Shown: in pieces, positions 11,701 through 24,146 of the stretch
How positions within the stretch are numbered: the stretch's first letter is position 1
How the letters are laid out: each line of letters opens with the position of its first letter
NCBI RefSeq assembly: GCF_001194135.2
Contig: NC_068988.1
Location: 80,291,330 to 80,335,390, forward strand
DNA from: Octopus bimaculoides
Lineage: Eukaryota
DNA: 44,061 bases
Reading direction: 5' to 3'
The notes under the pieces: model-generated
Database searches by the model: none
What the model was told of the DNA's origin: nothing
Seen by the model: the letters and a program-made list of their open reading frames with translations, nothing else
Position numbers and translations under genes: made by a program

Positions 11701-14307
11701 CACACGTGCTCCTCATCATGCTCTCTCATATATGTATGTATTTGACCAATGAAGCATTGGTTCATTGGTACAGTTCAGGACTGATTTAATATTTAAATCT
11801 GGTGAGAACATTAAGAAAGGTATGAATTTCTTTTATACTTTTAGATATTCATCCCAAGGAAGATTATAGATTAGATATGAATAATGTTGTTAGACTGAGA
11901 AATTTGATCAAAAGAGAGGAATTGTTTAAAGCAGGTTGTGATGTTTTATTACAAATTCTGCTTTTTTAATATAAAATTTCAGTCAAAACTGGAACAAAGT
12001 TCGATAAGAGATTGCAACAAAGAATACATAATGTCAGAATAATTCATAGTAACCAGATATATGTGCTGCTAATGAAATCAATTAAAAGAGGGAGACCTAC
12101 CTAATATTAGAAGGAGTTACAACAATACTCAAGTTTCATTGGGGAGTTTCTTGTAGTTAAGTATAACACCCACTTAGAAATGAAGGTCTCTGAGGGGACT
12201 AAAGAATCTCATCTAAAAGGTAGATTGATCAAGAGGTTTTGGTAACCTGCTCTAAAATTAAGTGCCAAGGTGTAGTTTCTAGTTGATTTTTGCAAGCTCA
12301 TGTCATATTAACACTCAAACTATTTGTGTAATTAATTATAAGGAAGTAAATTGAAGGCACCCTAAAGAGCAATGATTAAAATTAAATTGTATGCACTGTA
12401 GATTCAAAGTGGTAAGACCTTTGTTGAAGTATCTGACTCCTAAGAGAAATCCTTCTCATTGACAATTTGTGTGAAAGCGTGCTAAGCTGATCTATGAATG
12501 ATGTCACCAAACGACAGGACTCATGTTTCTGTGCTTCATCAGATACAGATTATCCATTGTTGACAGCCCACTAAACAGGAAATGATAAACCTAATTAACT
12601 TGATGATATATGCGAAGCTTTGTTAAGCCAAAAGTAATTAATCAAAGGCACATTAAGCAGTGATGTTTAAATAAAAGCTGAGTACATTTATATTTAACAT
12701 GTTTGTATTCATTCAAACATGGAAAGACTTCCACAGCATGAACTGTTACAGAAGAGAAATTTTTACAATAGACGTTAGATACATAAATTTCATTAGCAGC
12801 AGTTATGATAAAGGCAGTTTAGATATTTAGTTTTAGAATCTTTAACCAGATTGCGTAAAGGCATTAGCTTAAGTGTTGGGTGTTAGAAAAATATAAACAA
12901 AGTGCAGTAGGGGGTATTAGTTGCTCCTGGATGAAATTCCCAAATGGATAGTCTGCATATTGTTCTTATTGTTTGTGTTTAGCCCCAGATCAGCCATGAC
13001 TGAGCAGACTTATCATTCTAACCATGGCCATCCTGTTTTTCCAGACAGTTTTAGATTATGTTATTCAATATATCATTGGTGGTCATGTTGTTGTTGCTGC
13101 TTGATTCTAGGCTAGCCTTGACCTATGGTCAAAGACATCCAAGCTATGACAGCAGTGACCAAAAATGTGCACAATAGAGAAAAGAGGCGAGAAAAATGAG
13201 CAAGAAAAGTGAATCGCTAAACTGTATAAACACCAAAAACAAAGTAGAAATCCAACAAGAATAAGAGCAAATATGGAAAGATAATGTTTAATAACAAAAT
13301 AAAAGAAAAAGAATGAAGAAAATTTTTTGAAAAAGATTTAAATAAAAGAAAAATTTAGAAAATTAAATATCTTTATATTTTCCCTGAAAATACTTCAAAA
13401 TCTATGAGACTTATGGGAATGATAACAAAATTGGTATTTGAAGATAATACAGATCAAACACCTACGCAACCATAAGCTGTCATATTTTCTTGGAGTTAGT
13501 AGTCAGCAAAGAAATGTAAGTAAAAGATTTATAATATATAAAGCAAAATGAGATTTGTGTAGACTATAATTAAAAAAAGAAACAAATACAGACACAGTGG
13601 AGCGAGTAGAGAAAAAAAGAAAAAGGTAAACTGGTGTGTTACACAAAAGAGAAATATGAGCAGAAATTTGACAATAGAAGGAGAAAATATGGTAAATGAA
13701 GCACCAAGCAGGTACAGCTGGTATATACAAATGTATAATATTTCTTCTATAAAAAAAATCTATAATATAACTGCATAATTTCATAGACACACACTAATAT
13801 ATAAATTTTTATATACTTATTAAAGATATTTCAGATTGTTCTGCTCATATCCACAAACAGATGCATTTATATGCATAACATATAAAACAAAGATTTGAGC
13901 AAAGTCGACTCCAACATCAGGACCAACTTCATGCAATCATGAAGGCATACTGGCAAAACGCTGCTCCTCTAACCTTACCTGTCATTGTGGTTTCATGGCA
14001 CAAAGCAAAGGCGGCTTTGACATCCACTCAAGGAAACAAATAGTAAATGATCCACAAGCACTCAAGCAAACTGAGTTCTCAACTTGTTTCATTTGTTGAA
14101 AGGTTTGCTAGACACTAACAGGATTCAAGAAACACATTTGTGTCCATAGAACATGATTAACACCTTATTTTACTGAACCCTCATGTTGAAGTGAATCTAA
14201 TGATTTTTGTGTGTTTTTAAATGGTTTATAAACACCTTCCATGCTGCAATTGTTTATATATATATATATACTTGGAAATGGATGCGTAGCGTTCAATTAA
14301 ATAATAA

Positions 14308-14528
14308 NNNNNNNNNNNNNNNNNNNNNNNNNNNNNNNNNNNNNNNNNNNNNNNNNNNNNNNNNNNNNNNNNNNNNNNNNNNNNNNNNNNNNNNNNNNNN
14401 NNNNNNNNNNNNNNNNNNNNNNNNNNNNNNNNNNNNNNNNNNNNNNNNNNNNNNNNNNNNNNNNNNNNNNNNNNNNNNNNNNNNNNNNNNNNNNNNNNNN
14501 NNNNNNNNNNNNNNNNNNNNNNNNNNNN
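14308..14528. other. Assembly gap (N); others at 15368-15567, 16959-17224, 18075-18280, 27196-27590, 31175-31184, 32058-32067, 37617-37681 and 42712-43067
   Basis: N runs, nearly all abutting simple or tandem repeats. X-filled ORFs over them are artefacts. Confidence 0.99.
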
Positions 14529-14544
14529 TAGATAGATAGATAGA

Positions 14545-15566
14545 TAGATAGATAAACTTACTTGGAATTGGATGCATGGCGTTCAATCATATAATAATAT
14601 AAATTAAAAAATATATATATGCATATATGTATATACATACATATACATATATATACATGTATATATATATATGCATTTATGGATACAGGAAGTAACAAAA
14701 CATAAACAACATGAAATACGAAGACAAACTTTGATATGCAAACGAGAGAAACAAATGGAAAACAAGACAAGTAACACAAAAAAGCCCTTCATCAGTTGTC
14801 AGCTATCCATGTAATCCTCATTTTGAGCAATTAACAACAATATGAGGCTTTGAATAGGCAGTTGCTCCCACAAATCAAAATAAATTTGGGATTTGCGGAG
14901 GGTCAAAGTTGGTAACAAAAACAGGACAGTGGAGACATACAATAAACCAAACGAAAACAAACATGGAGGGCTGTTAGGCCAGACGAGGTAAGGTAGTGAA
15001 TGCTGGAGGAATGGAATATTATCTTTGACAAGAGAAAAGATAGAAGAGGAGACAGATAAGAATGCATCTGTTCTGTACGACAGTTGAAAGAAAAGAAAGA
15101 TAATCACGTGAGGAAAAGAAAGATGGACGATGGTCACGTGTGAGCAGCGAGAGAGAGAGTAAAGGAGAAAGAGGGAGGAAGAGAGAGAGAGAGTAAAGGA
15201 GAAAGAGGGAGGAAGAGAGAGAGAGACAGCCAACAATTGATGAAGGGTCGTTTTTTGTGTTACTTGCCTTGTTTTCCATTTGTTTCTCTCGTTGTTTGCA
15301 TACTAAATTTGTCTTCGTATTTCATGTTGTTTACGTTTTGTGACGACCTGTATCCATATATGTATATNNNNNNNNNNNNNNNNNNNNNNNNNNNNNNNNN
15401 NNNNNNNNNNNNNNNNNNNNNNNNNNNNNNNNNNNNNNNNNNNNNNNNNNNNNNNNNNNNNNNNNNNNNNNNNNNNNNNNNNNNNNNNNNNNNNNNNNNN
15501 NNNNNNNNNNNNNNNNNNNNNNNNNNNNNNNNNNNNNNNNNNNNNNNNNNNNNNNNNNNNNNNNNN

Positions 15567-15603
<37 letters not shown>

Positions 15604-15607
15604 TGTG

Positions 15608-15650
<43 letters not shown>

Positions 15651-16255
15651 ATTATTTATATTATTATATGATTGAACGCCACGCATCCATTTCCAAGTAA
15701 GTTTATCTTAATACTATTGATGCGACTCTACCCTGTACTGTTCTTTCTCTCTCTCCCTTTCGTTTTCTCTCTCTTCCTTTCCCTAATTCTTTTCTTCTCC
15801 CCTTCTACCCCTTTTGTTTCTTCTCTCTCATCCTTTCTCTAATTCTTTTTTCTCCCCTTCACAGTTTTCTCTCACTCTCTCTCTCTCCCCCCTTCTCTCT
15901 CTCTCTCTCTCTCTCTCTCCCTCTCCCTCTTTCTCCTTTCAAAGATACTTTAGTCAAATGAAGGTTACATTGTCATCGAAGAATTCTATGCCCTTCTCTG
16001 TCCGCCCCTCTCTCCCTCACTCTTCCTCCTTTGCTCTCTCCTTACTCACACATGACCATCGTCTATCTTTCTTTTCCTCACGTGATCATCTTTCTTTTCT
16101 TTCTGTCTATCTTACAGACCAGACGCATTCTCATCTGTCTCCTCTTCTATCTTTTCTCTTGTCAAAGGCAATATTCCATTCCTACAGCGTTCGCTACCTT
16201 GTCACGTCTGGCCAAACGGCCCACCATGTTTGTTTTTGTTTGGTTTGTTGTGTCT
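14545..16255. repeat. Cluster of tandem and inverted copies of one repeat: A 14545-14800 vs inverted 15228-15708; B 14930-15160 vs inverted 16020-16250
   Basis: The ORF-track peptides echo each other on opposite strands (CYLSCFPFVSL / CYLPCFPFVSL; HVTIVHLSFPHVIIFLFF / HMTIVYLSFPHVIIFLFF). A third copy of the start of A lies at about 14272-14307. Confidence 0.8.
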
Positions 16256-16280
16256 ATATATATATATACGCACACATATA

Positions 16281-16485
16281 CAAGGGCGTGCTGAAAGTTC
16301 CTGACTTTAAGGGTGTTGCGAAAGACCTGGTTAGAGGCCCAATCTTCCGAGTTCTTTTATAGGCCTTAGAGAAACTGAAGGAGCGCTGCAATAAGTGCGT
16401 GAATATGAGAGCAGAATATTTTAAATAATATCATAACTAACTGATCTTTCTGAATTTTCTTTCACCCAAAGCCAGGAATTTTTCG
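16281..16485 (+). mobile_element. Mariner-derived MITE or deletion derivative
   Basis: TA-flanked. Left end CAAGGGCGTGCTGAAAGTTCCTGACTTT is partly complementary to right end AAAGCCAGGAATTTTTCG. Internal KLKERCNKCVNMRAEYFK* resembles the mariner transposase C-terminus (L.ERW.KC....G.YF). Confidence 0.7.
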
Positions 16486-16831
16486 TATATATATCTGCAC
16501 GTACGCACGCACACACACACACACACACACACATACACACACACACATTCATACATAATGAGAGAAAAGAACATGGGCTTGAAGTTGGTATTCCTTCATT
16601 TCATGTTACGCGTGTTTCAGTATTCAAGTGACAAATGATGTCAAGCAATCTGTTGATGCACTTCATAAAGGTGGCATGCAGACACTTCTTCAGGCACATA
16701 AAAAATAAATACAAGAATCAAACATGCAGTAAAACAAATTTAAAAATCTGAGTTACAAGGCTAAAGAATTGAAACCTGAATGGAATAATTGTTGCACACT
16801 GAGCACATCCAATTATACGACTGTGTGTTGT

Positions 16832-16868
<37 letters not shown>

Positions 16869-16921
16869 CGTATGCACACACATACATATATATATATACA
16901 TATATATATATACATACATAT

Positions 16922-16958
<37 letters not shown>

Positions 16959-19236
16959 NNNNNNNNNNNNNNNNNNNNNNNNNNNNNNNNNNNNNNNNNN
17001 NNNNNNNNNNNNNNNNNNNNNNNNNNNNNNNNNNNNNNNNNNNNNNNNNNNNNNNNNNNNNNNNNNNNNNNNNNNNNNNNNNNNNNNNNNNNNNNNNNNN
17101 NNNNNNNNNNNNNNNNNNNNNNNNNNNNNNNNNNNNNNNNNNNNNNNNNNNNNNNNNNNNNNNNNNNNNNNNNNNNNNNNNNNNNNNNNNNNNNNNNNNN
17201 NNNNNNNNNNNNNNNNNNNNNNNNTACACAGAGACAGAGAGAAGATAAGAAATGGAGCAATAATTAAGAATGAGAAGTGGATCATTGGTGTTTAAAAGTT
17301 ATATTTAATTGAATTTGGAACATTTACAGTTGTTTCTGTTTATCAAATGATAAGAGGGAAAAGAAAAGCAAAGAAAGAAAAAGAAAAGAGTTCGTTAAAG
17401 CTAAAGGCTTACATTTTAGTGACTTGTATATTTCCACGTGTTTGTAGTAGATTCCTTCATTGGATGCGAGTGGCAGTAAGTGGGGACAGTGGCTATTTGC
17501 CACACAATATCTTCTCTCTCTATATATATCAAATCATGGTTTTACCTTTAGATTACCTACTACCGTATACCTTATAACGAGGACTATACACCAGGCAATA
17601 CACCAGGAGTGTCTGCGGATACATCTGTCCCTTATATATGAGTAACGAAGATGTACCGGTGTCAATTCATTACGGCCGTTTCAAGCGACTCCTTTAATTG
17701 ATTAATGAAAACATTACATCACTGTTAAACCACTGCTTTAATATATTCACTTCAGTAATGGAACTCATAACATTTACATTGTTTCTATTGTCATATCACT
17801 GGCAGAATGAGTTTAGAAAGTAATGCATACCTTGTCAGGTCTACTATAATTTACAGAGTAGCAAAGGAAATAGTAGGGGTAAGAATAAAAAGAGTGGTGA
17901 CATAGCTGAGTTGTGTTGTCTGCACACACGGCAGGAATATCAGGTGCAAATACTCCAGCACAGTGTTTTGATATTCAATATTCAATTAATATTGTTTGAG
18001 TATGCGGATAATACTGCCTCAATTTAAGTACCTAATTCAATGAGATCTAAATTATATTTTATATATATATATATNNNNNNNNNNNNNNNNNNNNNNNNNN
18101 NNNNNNNNNNNNNNNNNNNNNNNNNNNNNNNNNNNNNNNNNNNNNNNNNNNNNNNNNNNNNNNNNNNNNNNNNNNNNNNNNNNNNNNNNNNNNNNNNNNN
18201 NNNNNNNNNNNNNNNNNNNNNNNNNNNNNNNNNNNNNNNNNNNNNNNNNNNNNNNNNNNNNNNNNNNNNNNNNNNNNNNNNAGGAAGAGTAATGGCAGGG
18301 GGACAATAACGGTAGGGATGCAGTAATGCCAAGGTGTAATAAGTGAGATTACAACAGTTATTTCTTTGAAATTGCATTCACTTTCGGCACTGTCCGCGAA
18401 ATTTTAAGCAATGTGGATCTGAGTTTATTTGTTATTGAATACATATAACTTTCACTAAATGTATTGAGTGCTACATTCTTTGGGTTTTTTTTTTACTCCT
18501 AGGTATCTGTGTGTGTGTGTGTGGGGGGGGGGGCTTAAAGATTTTCAAATACTCGTATATTACCATTTTTCTCTTTCAGGTATTCTTATGATTTGAAAGA
18601 AACTTGTGCTGTGTTCTTTAGTTTTATTTGTAATTTTGAGATTCATTTATATCTTTATTTATTTATTCACTGTTTTTTTTCTTTCCGCTTTTGTTTTTCA
18701 CTTGCTTTTCCAAACATATTGACGGCATTGTCTAGCGACGTCAGCTCTACTTAGTATTGAAAAAGACAAACGATAACATTCATAGCTTTTTCTCGTTCAA
18801 TAAATAACATTAACTTGTTTATCTCGTTTCTAAAAGTTTGGATAAAGCTGTTGTTTGAGGGGGAGAGAGGACTGTGTCGAATGTTTGGTATGGAGAAGGT
18901 CAAATTGTTAAAGGAAACAGACTATTCAATAATTCAGAGTTGCTTGCTTTAAGATTCATTTGCGCTTAGTTAGCTTTTAGAAACATCATTATAACATAAA
19001 TGAATTTGTAACTTCTCAAACACTTTGGCAATGTATTAAGAAGTAGATTTAAATGAACATCGTGTTTAGGTGATTGTGTGCATGTGTGATGAGGCATTAA
19101 AATAAAACTAGACATCTATTTAAATAAACGCACGTATTCTACATATTTTCCTTGAATTATCTCTCTGAAATTAATTGCATTCTATTTCATTTATCAGGCT
19201 GCTAATCTTCCCCGAAGAAATATTCTCTTTGCATTT

Positions 19237-19240
<4 letters not shown>

Positions 19241-19309
<69 letters not shown>

Positions 19310-19441
19310 GTCATACACATTCACAGAAGCATGCTGCACACTCACATACACACAGACGTATGCATATACCAGCACACATTCATGCATATACACCAACAGG
19401 CGTGCTTAGAGAAACATAGATACATATACATACATGCACGC

Positions 19442-19518
<77 letters not shown>

Positions 19519-19625
19519 CAGGTAGGTAGGTAGGTAGGTAGATAGATACACATGCATACATACGTACATGCAATGCATACTTAATTGCACATACAAGCAT
19601 GTAAGTAAGTATGTATGTATGTAAG
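19241..19625. repeat. (CT)n and compound (TATG)n/(TAGA)n/(TAGG)n microsatellites
   Basis: Directly visible. Confidence 0.95.
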
Positions 19626-20019
19626 TAAGTATATATGTATGTTTATAAATTACCTTTACAATTTTCAAAATTTCTTATATCTATCAAAGTTGAGATCGTC
19701 TAGATATGTTGCGTACAACCAATTGAGGAAGTGTTCTGATATTTCTAATAAAACTTTATTTGTTTGCCTATGTTTTCTGATAAACTTTGCCGAGTTATCC
19801 TTGATTTTCATATTTTTTCTGAACTTTTCAAATTGTGAATGTAATTTATGGACATCCTGTAAATGTGTATGTGTGTGTGTGGGGGGGGGGGGGGTTCTGT
19901 CAATTTTTTTTTATCGCTTTAGCAAAATGTACTCTCAATACATTTGAGTTATTCATGTTTTATGTACTGTAGTTTCTTTTTTTTTTTTTTTGCTACAAAC
20001 TACTTATGTTTCATGCGAG

Positions 20020-20400
20020 GATTAGGAACCGAGAAAATACTGAAAAACACATACAACAAAATACGGAAAGTTACTAAACTCCAACAGTGGGAAAACGGTA
20101 GTACTGTCATCAACTGATGCAAAGGTATTAGGATTAGCCTAGAGTTAACTTCATGCAATTCCATATCCTGGACTTTTACCCCTTGACATTTCTGACCTTT
20201 GTTGGTCAAAGCAATTGATTCACTAGCAGATACGTCAGCAACGATGATTCAGACATTGAAATGGTGATGCATGCCTGTAAGACCCTCCTCTGAAAAAGAG
20301 TCGGCTTTGGTTAAAAAGTGTGAATCAGAGGGCCTATTTGATATTTCAATAGACTTTTTCATAGTGCTGATATATGCGATCTAGTTGGCTTATATTTAAT
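20020..20400 (+). mobile_element. Penelope-like element reverse transcriptase fragment (decayed)
   Basis: Hand translation across frameshifts: RKVTKLQQWENGSTVIN*, NFMQFHILDFYP, LLVKAIDF, MVMHACKTLL, WLK, LFDISI..HSADICDLVGLYL. These parallel the PLE RT motifs QW.N...VI.WF, FIQFDI.DFYPSI and FDVTMGSYDGAEICELVGLYL. Confidence 0.7.
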
Positions 20401-20595
20401 GGATGTGCTAAAAACCAAAGTTCTCCTCCATAGCCGAGGCGATAAATTAAAAATATCACATGGCAGTGATGGCTCTATCCTTGATACCTTTAGTAAATAA
20501 AAGCTTATAGCCGTGTTTACAGTAGCGACTAACCTAAGGTCATCTTCCTAGATGCTTCTCTGGAACTAGATCCAGACACCTACAAACCATTACAT

Positions 20596-20596
<1 letters not shown>

Positions 20597-20667
<71 letters not shown>

Positions 20668-20990
20668 GAACGCACTGTAATAGCGCGTCGCTGCATCCAC
20701 CACTTGTTGGTGATTCCCTACTCCTGACGGATGATACCTTTGCTCTACTCAGGCGCCAACCCTCCAACCCAAGGGTCAGTTTGGGTGGTCGTTGCTGGCG
20801 AGGGTTTTATGACGTCGGAGTGCAAATCCTAGTCGCCTTTTACGACACGCAGAGGAGACGTTGGATTTATTCTTTCACATGCCAGTCTCCACGCAGTACT
20901 AGAGTAACATGAAATGAAGTGTTTTGCTCCAGAACGCAAAACGAACTGGCGATTGTAAGTGCAACGTCCTAACCAGCAGGCCACACATTT
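20597..20990 (-). mobile_element. tRNA-derived SINE with (CTA)n tail
   Basis: Reverse complement starts TGTGGCCTGCTGGTTAGG (A-box-like) and ends in the (TAG)n tract at 20597-20664. Confidence 0.6.
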
Positions 20991-21333
20991 TACATAAAAC
21001 CAATAAGAAAGTTAAATATATAAACAAACAATGTTTCTAAAAACATATTAACTTCTATTGTTTTTAGAAATGTCATTAGTAGAATTTCTAGCCACTTCTC
21101 TTCTATAAATAAATACAAAATAAAGCGGCATAATATCTCAACTGGGCACTAGTAAATAATGGATAACACGATAAAGTCTCATACTCTTCAACCGGCATAC
21201 ATTTAGGGCCTAAGAACAGATCTAGGAGAACAATATGGTCCGCTCCGCTTTTCTCTTTAGTTGTTACGACTAATATAGGAAAAAATTCCTGGCCCCGATA
21301 GATAAGCATTTCCTTGAAGGCAATAGGTATTTT

Positions 21334-21650
21334 GGGCAAATGTCTTTTACTAGTCTCGGGTCAACCAAATCCTTGTGAGTGGATTTGCTAGATAGAAACT
21401 GAAAAGAAGCCCATAGCATATGTAGATATGTATTTATGTGTGTGTGCTTTTGTGTCTGTGTTTGTATCCGTACTATCATTTGACAACCGACATTGGTTGT
21501 CAAATGATAGTACGGATACAAACACAGACACAAAAGCACACACACATAAATACATATATACATATGCTATGGGCTTCTTTTCAGTTTCCATCTAGCAAAT
21601 CCACTCACAAGGATTTGGTTGGCCCGAGACTATAGTAAAAGACACTTGCC
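21334..21650. repeat. Near-perfect fold-back palindrome (about 155-bp arms, 6-nt loop) formed from a SINE
   Basis: Arms 21334-21488 and 21495-21650 around loop GACATT. By eye there are 4 substitutions and one 2-nt indel. The right arm continues into a minus-strand SINE head ending near 21733. Confidence 0.93.
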
Positions 21651-21860
21651 TAAGGTGCCACGCAGTGAGACTGAACCTAATGTCATGTGACTGGGAAGCA
21701 AGCTTCTTACCACACAGTCACGCCTGCGCCTATATATATATAGCAGAATCGTTAGCATGCTGTGTGTGTGTGTATGTATATATGTATATATACACACACA
21801 CACACATACACACCCACATGTATATATATATGAGACCAAACTATACGTACGCCGCTATAT

Positions 21861-22638
21861 GTATATAAAAAAGAATACAAAAATGGGACAAGAACGCAAC
21901 AGGCGACAACAAAACATCCAGATAGTTGAATGATACAAAAAGGGACATGAAAAAACAAGGACGGGTCATTTGGAGTTTTCTTTCGTCAGTCGAGTTCCAG
22001 ATTATCTTTGCAGTTTCGGCTGGTTATACTCGAGACTGCTCCAATCTGGCCAGCCCCAAGGAAAATCTAAGCTAAGAGCACTAGATTCCATTTTTTTTCG
22101 TCCCTCCCTAATTCTTCTATCCCTCTGCTTCTACCTCTACTTATCTCCTCTCCTTCTACGTAACCTGTGTTCCGCCAAGCCTGACCCTTCTTTCTTGGTT
22201 CGACTACGATCCGTGCAACATCTATATTCCTTCTCATGCCTGTCATCTCTTATGCCCTAGCTGTTTGGCTTTCCTTCCACACACGCCAGCTTAATTTAAT
22301 TTATTCTTAGTCGAAAGACACCTGTTGTTAATGTCTTGTTGTTTACATTTGTATTTGTGTACCATTTCTCCGTTTTTTCCCGTCCTTGTTTTCGTATACA
22401 TTTGCTGCTTTCTTCCAAGAAATCTAGTGCTCTTAGCTTAGATTTTCCTTGGGGCTGGCCAGATTGGCGCAGTCTCGAGTATAACCAACCGAAACTTCAA
22501 AGATAATCTGGAACTCGACTGAGGATAGAAAACTCCGAATGACCCATCCTTGTTTTTTCATGTCCCTTTTTGTATCATCGAACTGTCTGGATGTTTTGTT
22601 GTCGCCTGTTGCGTTCTTGTTCCATTTTTTGTTTTCTT

Positions 22639-22645
<7 letters not shown>
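21861..22645. repeat. Long inverted repeat element (about 225-bp arms, about 330-bp spacer) between TA-rich tracts
   Basis: 21861-22088 is the reverse complement of 22420-22645 (for example ggccagccccaaggaaaatctaagctaagagcactagatt). No ORF. Family unassigned; a Penelope pLTR or a MITE is possible. Confidence 0.85.
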
Positions 22646-22683
<38 letters not shown>

Positions 22684-23998
22684 CGTAGGAGTGGCTGTGT
22701 GGTAAGTAGATTGCTGGATGGAGAACAAGACATGTCAAAAGTTAGATGAACTCAAAGGTGTCACTGCCTATCCAATATTGTTTAGATATGCACACTAAAT
22801 ATGTGTGTGTATGTTTAGTGGCATGTTGTCATTTCATTCCAAGAAGGCATAGAAGAAATAAGTCGCCATCATCTCCACAGCTTCGAAGTCAGTAGCGGCA
22901 GATCGGTGGGAGGAACTGATGTAGGTGGCAACATGCCATAATACTCGGTTAGAAGCCATGATATAAGATAAACATGTGGCATGATGTTTTATGGCCTGAG
23001 CACACGCTTAGTTAGATAGTACCGAGAGGCCTGGAGATTCCTTCAACCAATTTGGCTATTTTCTGCGTTTTCATAGAAGTTCAGTTCTCCTGAGATTACA
23101 TTTCTTCTTAAAGATTATATTCCGTAGCAAGCATTTGGACCAGATCCCAGTGCTAAGAATAACTTCCACCTTCTGTCTCTAAAAAGAATCGTGAATGCTG
23201 CCCTTCTCATGAAACCATTAAAATATAAACAATATAATGGTATTAGACCAAAGTACACTCATAAAAATAGATAATAGATACAGTCATCAAGAATAGGACA
23301 TTTTGATTAAAATTCAAATGTAACAAGAGAATATGGCTAGTGACCAAGATATTCCACTTAGTACTTTCTTGACGGCTCCTCAGCTTCAATATAACCAGAT
23401 CATGTTTCTACGCTGTCCATATATTTCACATATAAAAATATAGATATATTTAGATATATTTTCTCTCACTGACATTTTCTCCAAATCCATTGTCTTTACT
23501 GTGAGAGATATACTAGCACGGGATTTCTTGGGGGTACTTTAATGTTAATTTATAACTGGACGAAGGAATATCAACAGAACACAATTAATACATTTAACTT
23601 CAAAAGCGTTTGAATTAACGATTTCCCAATTATATAATGCTCTTGTGTTGAATTTTATAAATATTCCTTCAGAGGAAAACCAATCATATTTCCTTTAAAG
23701 AACTGGTCAATTTTCTCAGTGCCAGAAAATTTGTTGTGATATATAAAGCTAAATAAGTTGCTTATAGTAGTAATGACTTACATGTTTTACTCAGTTCTTT
23801 ATTCTGCCTTTACATATATTCAAACAACTATCATAGAATAATTGTTTCCGATCACGTTACGTGGGGAAAAACTACAGCAGCCTCTCCATTTCACACGTCA
23901 CCTAATGTCCTTTGATGTTGTTTTCTCCAGATATAAAATGTGTCTGATATATGAAAGAAAGATACTCATAAAATACTATCAGTTGTTCATTAACATAC

Positions 23999-24146
23999 CT
24001 GCTTCGGGATTCAATGACATCGGAGTCCAGCTAACTGTATTATTGGCCCTGGATAATACCACATCATAGCCAATGTTCTTTATATGGAAAACGTCCCTTA
24101 AATCAGCCGAACTATTCGATGCAGTCAATGGAGACGACGGTTCCAT
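23999..24146 (-). CDS. CERKL: Ceramide kinase-like protein, first coding exon (N-terminal PH-like domain): MEPSSPLTASNSSADLRDVFHIKNIGYDVVLSRANNTVSWTPMSLNPEA + phase-1 G
   Basis: Hand-translated 148-nt exon (49 codons + 1 nt), not in the ORF track. Acceptor ctttttctctattttag|ATG and donor GCAG|GTATGT. LRDVFHI...YDVVLS...VSWTPM resembles human CERKL exon 1 (LRGIFEI..SCDVVLSERALRWRPI, recalled from memory). Splicing to the 379-80 exon gives G|AT = Asp and keeps the frame. Confidence 0.88.

Larger units (their letters stand above)
380..23998 (-). other. CERKL intron (about 23.6 kb, GT-AG, phase 1)
   Basis: Donor GT at 23998-23997 and acceptor AG at 381-380, with compatible phases. Additional small internal exons cannot be excluded. 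Confidence 0.8.

Noticed and set aside
21960-22000. CTGACGA...AAATGAC..GTC in the inverted-repeat arms as a PLE hammerhead
   Set aside because: The GAAA core is broken in both arms and there is no stem I; at most a decayed relic.
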